Below, in pieces: positions 59,401 to 64,000 of a DNA stretch of 64,000 nt. Both the position numbers and the translations under genes were made by a program. The DNA comes from Octopus bimaculoides. Its lineage: Eukaryota. The stretch lies in the NCBI RefSeq assembly GCF_001194135.2, contig NC_068993.1:52974565-53038564 (forward strand), given 5' to 3'. The notes below the pieces were generated by a model that was given only the letters and a program-made list of their open reading frames with translations, searched no databases and was not told the origin of the DNA. The stretch's first letter is position 1. Every line of letters starts with the position of its first letter.

Positions 59401-62400
59401 AATTGTACAGACAATTCCTTGTCATAGATACAGTGAATCATCGATTGATCTGTTGGAAACCTATAGCCAATGACATGATATATACATATATATAAAGAAA
59501 GAAAACAAATTTTTGGTTTTTGTTGAAGAAATTTTTTGGTTTATAAAATTGATTGTTCTTCCTACTAGCATGAGCAGGTAAAGTTATGTACCTGGCTCAT
59601 AGACAACACTATGGATGAAATAAGATTTGAACTCATGATTGTATGATGATCACCATCATCGTTTGACATCCATCTTTCCATGCATGCATGGGTGGGACAG
59701 TTGACAGGAGTAGGCCAGGTAGAAAACTACCCTGGGCTACTATGTCTGTTTTGGCAGGATTTTTATGACTGGATGCCCTTCCTAACATCAACCACTCTAC
59801 AGAGTGGTCTCAAGTGCTTTTTACGTGGTGCTAACACAGGCGAGGTTAGTTTTGGCATAATTTTTACAGCTGGATGCCCTTCCAAATGCCAACCACTTTA
59901 CAGTGTGGACTGGATGCTTTTTACATGGCACCAGCACTGGCAGTGTCACCAAGTAACTCGCAAGACAAGGAATTTTGAGAGGGGCAGGGGCATTTGAGGA
60001 GGGGCACTTGTGTCAGAGGATGAAAGATTAGAGTGTGATAGAGAGGCAGAAACAGGTGTCTTGCTATAATCAGTTGTTAATCTTCCTGGACTTCAGAGCC
60101 ATTATGCCTCATATATAACCATATATAATCAAATGATTATATATGAACAGCCATATCTCATATACAATCATTCCCTACCCCCTGCTACCCTTGTTTATCA
60201 TTGTTGCATCTTCTGAAGTTATTCAGTAAACCCGAATAGTAAAAATTATTTATTTATTTATTTATCACTAGCAAACTCATGTATACCCAAAATCTTGTTC
60301 TGCCTTACTGAAAGAGAGAAATCAGTTTGATGATGATGATTAAAATGATGTACTCTTACAGATTGTTATATATGCTCTTTAACTTAGAAAACTCTTTACA
60401 GCTAATTCTAATCACTAAATAAAATATGGGATCAAATAGATAGACATAAGTCATAGGAATATTTTAATATACACACTTTCCTCCGAAATTCTCATTAACA
60501 TTCCATTCTGCTGCTGACCACAGGCTAGTAATTAACAACACAGACCTTATGTGTGTGTGTACATATATATCCATCCAACAAACATCCTTGCACCCATGTA
60601 TCCAATCTGTGTGTGAATGTGAGCTACATTTCTCGTAGATTAAAATGTGTGTGTGTATATGTATGCATTATGTGTGTGTGTGTATGTATATATATATATA
60701 CATATATATATATATGTATGTATGTATTATGTATATATACATTTACACACATACAAACACAAATTGTATATGACTGAGAAAGAAAGAAACAAACTTGTAA
60801 AGACAAAACAAGTTGAAAGTAACATCCAAGTATTTACCTTCTTCCTTATATCTGCTCAATGTGGTCCCATTTAATATTTTAAAAAATAAAAAGGTAACTG
60901 AAATTCATTTACCTGTTTATGTCCACTCTTTTATGTGCCCATGTAATACATACACTTACATCTTATTTAAAAGGAAGATTGTACTTTAGTACTGTGCATT
61001 TTCTAATCCTGTGTCTATTGTTTAAATTATTACCTTAAACTTTAGACATTAGCAGACACTATTCTTATAGAAACTCAAAGGAAATATTCCAGTACATTAA
61101 CATAAAATCAAAACCACCCACTCATCAGCTATATTAAAAAATGTTGTGAAGAATAATTAGCATTCATTTATCTGTCATATCATATGATGAACATTTAACA
61201 TACCTATACATTCACACATATAAATGTGTGCAAAAACATGCATAGTCTAAAGAAAATTCTAGTCAAAAATTCTTTGCATTTAAGAATTTTGAAACTTTTT
61301 TTTTTTAATATAATTTTAAAAATTGAATGTATTTTATACAGTTTACCTCCTAACTGTCATCTTCACTCTGACGGTCTTCATTTGTGGTCCAGTGAACATA
61401 AATGCTAAGCAAACTTGATTAAAATGTTCTGAAATGGTCATTTGATAAAATGTTTGCTATTCACATTCTATCAGATATTACTTGCAGCCCTCCATCTTGA
61501 AATGATGTGCCTTATGTGAGCCCTGTATCCTTTATATTTACACTTTTACTCTAAATTCATTTATGTTCTCATCCATTGAATGTCAGAAAAAAAAAATTTA
61601 AATAAAGTTTTCAAAAAGAGAAAAAATTGTTGTTATTGATTATTATCTTACCCATAAAATATGAGACTAAGAAGTAAAGCTGTTTCAAATAAAACTTGAG
61701 TACTGAAATGGATTCTATTACCAAAGAACTTCTTCATGCAGCACATCTTAAAAACGTGTTGTAGTGAAAATGTTACACCCCTTCCCACATGATAAAGTCA
61801 GTAGGAAATCAATAGTAGAGTTGTATGAATTCTCAGTTGGAGTCAGTACCAGTTACATGATATTACAAGTTCCAGTTACCATCAAGGTAGATGTTACAAA
61901 GTTGTTTTGCCTTCAGCAAGATTGGAAAAGTTCTCTCAAAACTTGTATTGTTTATGCTCAACTCACAAACCACTTTACAGAGTGTACTCAGTGTTTTTAA
62001 CATGGCACTAGTAGTAGTGACATCATTGTGTACATTTATTATAATTATATGTGTTCTCTGAAGTTAACACATACATTGAATTAGTATAATACAATGAGTA
62101 ATGATCTGTTAAAGAGACAGCATTGCAACATTTTGGTTGAGTCATGTAGTAGTTTGCTGATCTTCATACATCTATTCTATTGATCCACTTACAGTTCAGT
62201 TTGCTGGTAGAAGAGGAATTTATGAAAATATTCTCTGAGAGCATCAATTAATAAAGTGTTCAAGAAGGATAGAAATCTAGGATACAATATAATACTATGT
62301 TACATAACAAAACAAATCTGCTCAGACCAGAAATATAAAAGATACTTGCTCAAGGTACCATGCAGTGCCTCGAGCAAATATCATCAAATTTCAAGTTCAT

Positions 62401-63199
62401 TCCCACTAGTGAATTATTGTATGAACTGCATTAACTTACATCTTTTTCTACTATAAGCTGTAGTGGACACAAAGTTGAATGCCTGAGTATCACCTTATAG
62501 CATCATTGGAGCTTCAAACATGAAGGTGATACTCAGGCACTCAACTGAGTATCATATAGCAGAAACAGCTGTAAGCTAATGCAGTTCACAAGATAAGTGT
62601 TTCTTCCTTAGACATCTCAATTTCTGATACACACACATATATGTAAACACACACACACAACACGTCACTCGGCTGAGGGATCTTGCATGGCACTTAGTGA
62701 TCTCATTGGTGTCATCTGTGATGTATTTAGTATTAGGAAGGACATTGAGTTGTAGAAACCATACCAAAGTCGACATTGCAGCTTGGTATAGTTCACTGGC
62801 TCATCAGTTTCTGTGAAATTGTCCAACCCCTGCCAGCATGGAAAACAAACGTTAAATGATATGTACAGATTAAACTTCAAATTTGGAAATGTAAAGTGAA
62901 GAACAAGGTTTATGTGATATATAAAGAATGATTAGATAGAAGTACAACTTTAACCCTTTCGTATTCAAACCAGCCATATCTGACCAAAATATTCTGCCTG
63001 TTTTATGCCAGATTTTGCTCCTCATACATACTCTCCAATATCATTCAAAAATGAACAGTTATATCTTAAAAATCTGAAAGCTATAATATAATGCTTAATT
63101 CAAAACAATATGAATAAATAAGTATTACATTTTCTAGAATAATCTGAATGCTAAAGAGTGAATAATATGTACAGCACTCTCTACTCTGCATTGCAAACA

Positions 63200-63860
63200 C
63201 AAAACTTACAAACTTCATATATATATATATATATATAATGAAATCGTAGTTGTGGTCGATGCCAGTGCCGTCTGACTGGCACCCATGCTGGTGGTACATA
63301 AAAAACACCATTCATGGAGGCAGTAATGTCAAGTAGAGTGTGATCGTAATTATGGCCAATGCCAGTGTCACATAACTGGCCCATTAAAAGCACTCTTCAA
63401 TCGATGGGTGATATGCTGTACTTGTGAAGACCTGTTGAACCATGTGAAATTGTAGTCGTAGCCGATGCCAGTGCTGTGTGACTGGCACCCGTGCCAGTGG
63501 CATGTAAAAAGCTGTGCTGGTAGAACATAAAAAGCACCATGTGAGCACTGGGTCTCATGGAAGCAGTGACAGGTGACCAACACCCTTGGTGATATACCTT
63601 GCTTGTATTGATCCATCAAGCCAAATGAGACTATAGTCACAGCCGATGCCAGTGTCAGGTTAATGGCACCTATGCCGCTGGCATGTAAAAAGCATAGACT
63701 ACACTTTTGGAGGTGTTGGTGTTAGAAAGGGCATCCAGCTGCGAAAGCCTTGCCAAATCAGATTGGAACCTGGTGCAGCCTCCCGGCTTAACAGTTTCCA
63801 GTCAAACCGGCCAACCCATGCCAGAATGAAAAGCGACGTTAAATGAGGATGATGATGATG
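63200..63860 (+). mobile_element. SINE family A copy with about 4 internal repeats (GCCGATGCCAGTG...GGCATGTAAAAAGCA)
   Basis: Repeated internal module, then the standard 3' end and (GAT)n. Confidence 0.75.
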
Positions 63861-64000
63861 ATATACAAAGTAGCACACGAAAAAGTAGCCCAGATTCCAT
63901 AGCATAGTGTAAATAGAGAAATTCTTTTCCACACACGAAAAAGCAGCCAGCTTTCATTTGCAAGTGTCATTGCATTATTCCAACCACTTGTAATCTGCTG

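Noticed and set aside
61113-61135. Minus-strand CTGATGA sharing 15 nt with the 53486 motif
   Set aside because: No stem II and no GAAA; a 15-mer match is expected by chance in 64 kb of AT-rich DNA.
56400-64000. Second gene downstream
   Set aside because: No ORF or exon chain with protein-like signal on either strand; only SINEs, microsatellites and AT-rich DNA.

Overview
Eukaryotic, very AT-rich, repeat-dense genomic DNA. The SINE/LINE/MITE content looks like an octopod cephalopod (inferred from recalled repeat families, not from a search). One protein-coding gene dominates the window: a + strand VEGFR/PVR-family receptor tyrosine kinase, which I reconstructed by hand. It has 24 core GT-AG exons plus one in-frame 30-nt microexon (18301..56301, 3851 coding nt, about 1283 aa without the signal peptide). 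Domain order: 7 Ig-like domains (Ig4 lacks the Cys pair, as in VEGFRs), a TM helix, a VEGFR-type juxtamembrane region, a split kinase with a short (~42 aa) insert, and a long motif-rich C-tail. All splice phases are consistent. The signal-peptide exon (must end in phase 1) was not found. The rest is introns and intergenic DNA with decayed RTE, CR1 and Tx1 LINEs, mariner, DD37D and hAT DNA transposons, three main SINE families, MITEs, microsatellites and two assembly gaps. Nearly all entries in the ORF track are noise. The most interesting signals are an apparent hidden splicing layer in the receptor gene: (1) two 27-nt single-Cys candidate microexons that together would build a C-x5-C loop in Ig3; (2) AG|GT recursive-type sites and a possible poison exon in the 11.5-kb intron; (3) a 30-nt Ig6 microexon bracketed by inverted repeats; (4) a candidate alternative last exon that would remove the whole signalling tail. 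There is also a three-level LINE>hAT>mariner nest with recognisable TSDs, and several long intronic hairpins. All splicing hypotheses are inferred from sequence and need RNA data. Repeat boundaries are approximate.
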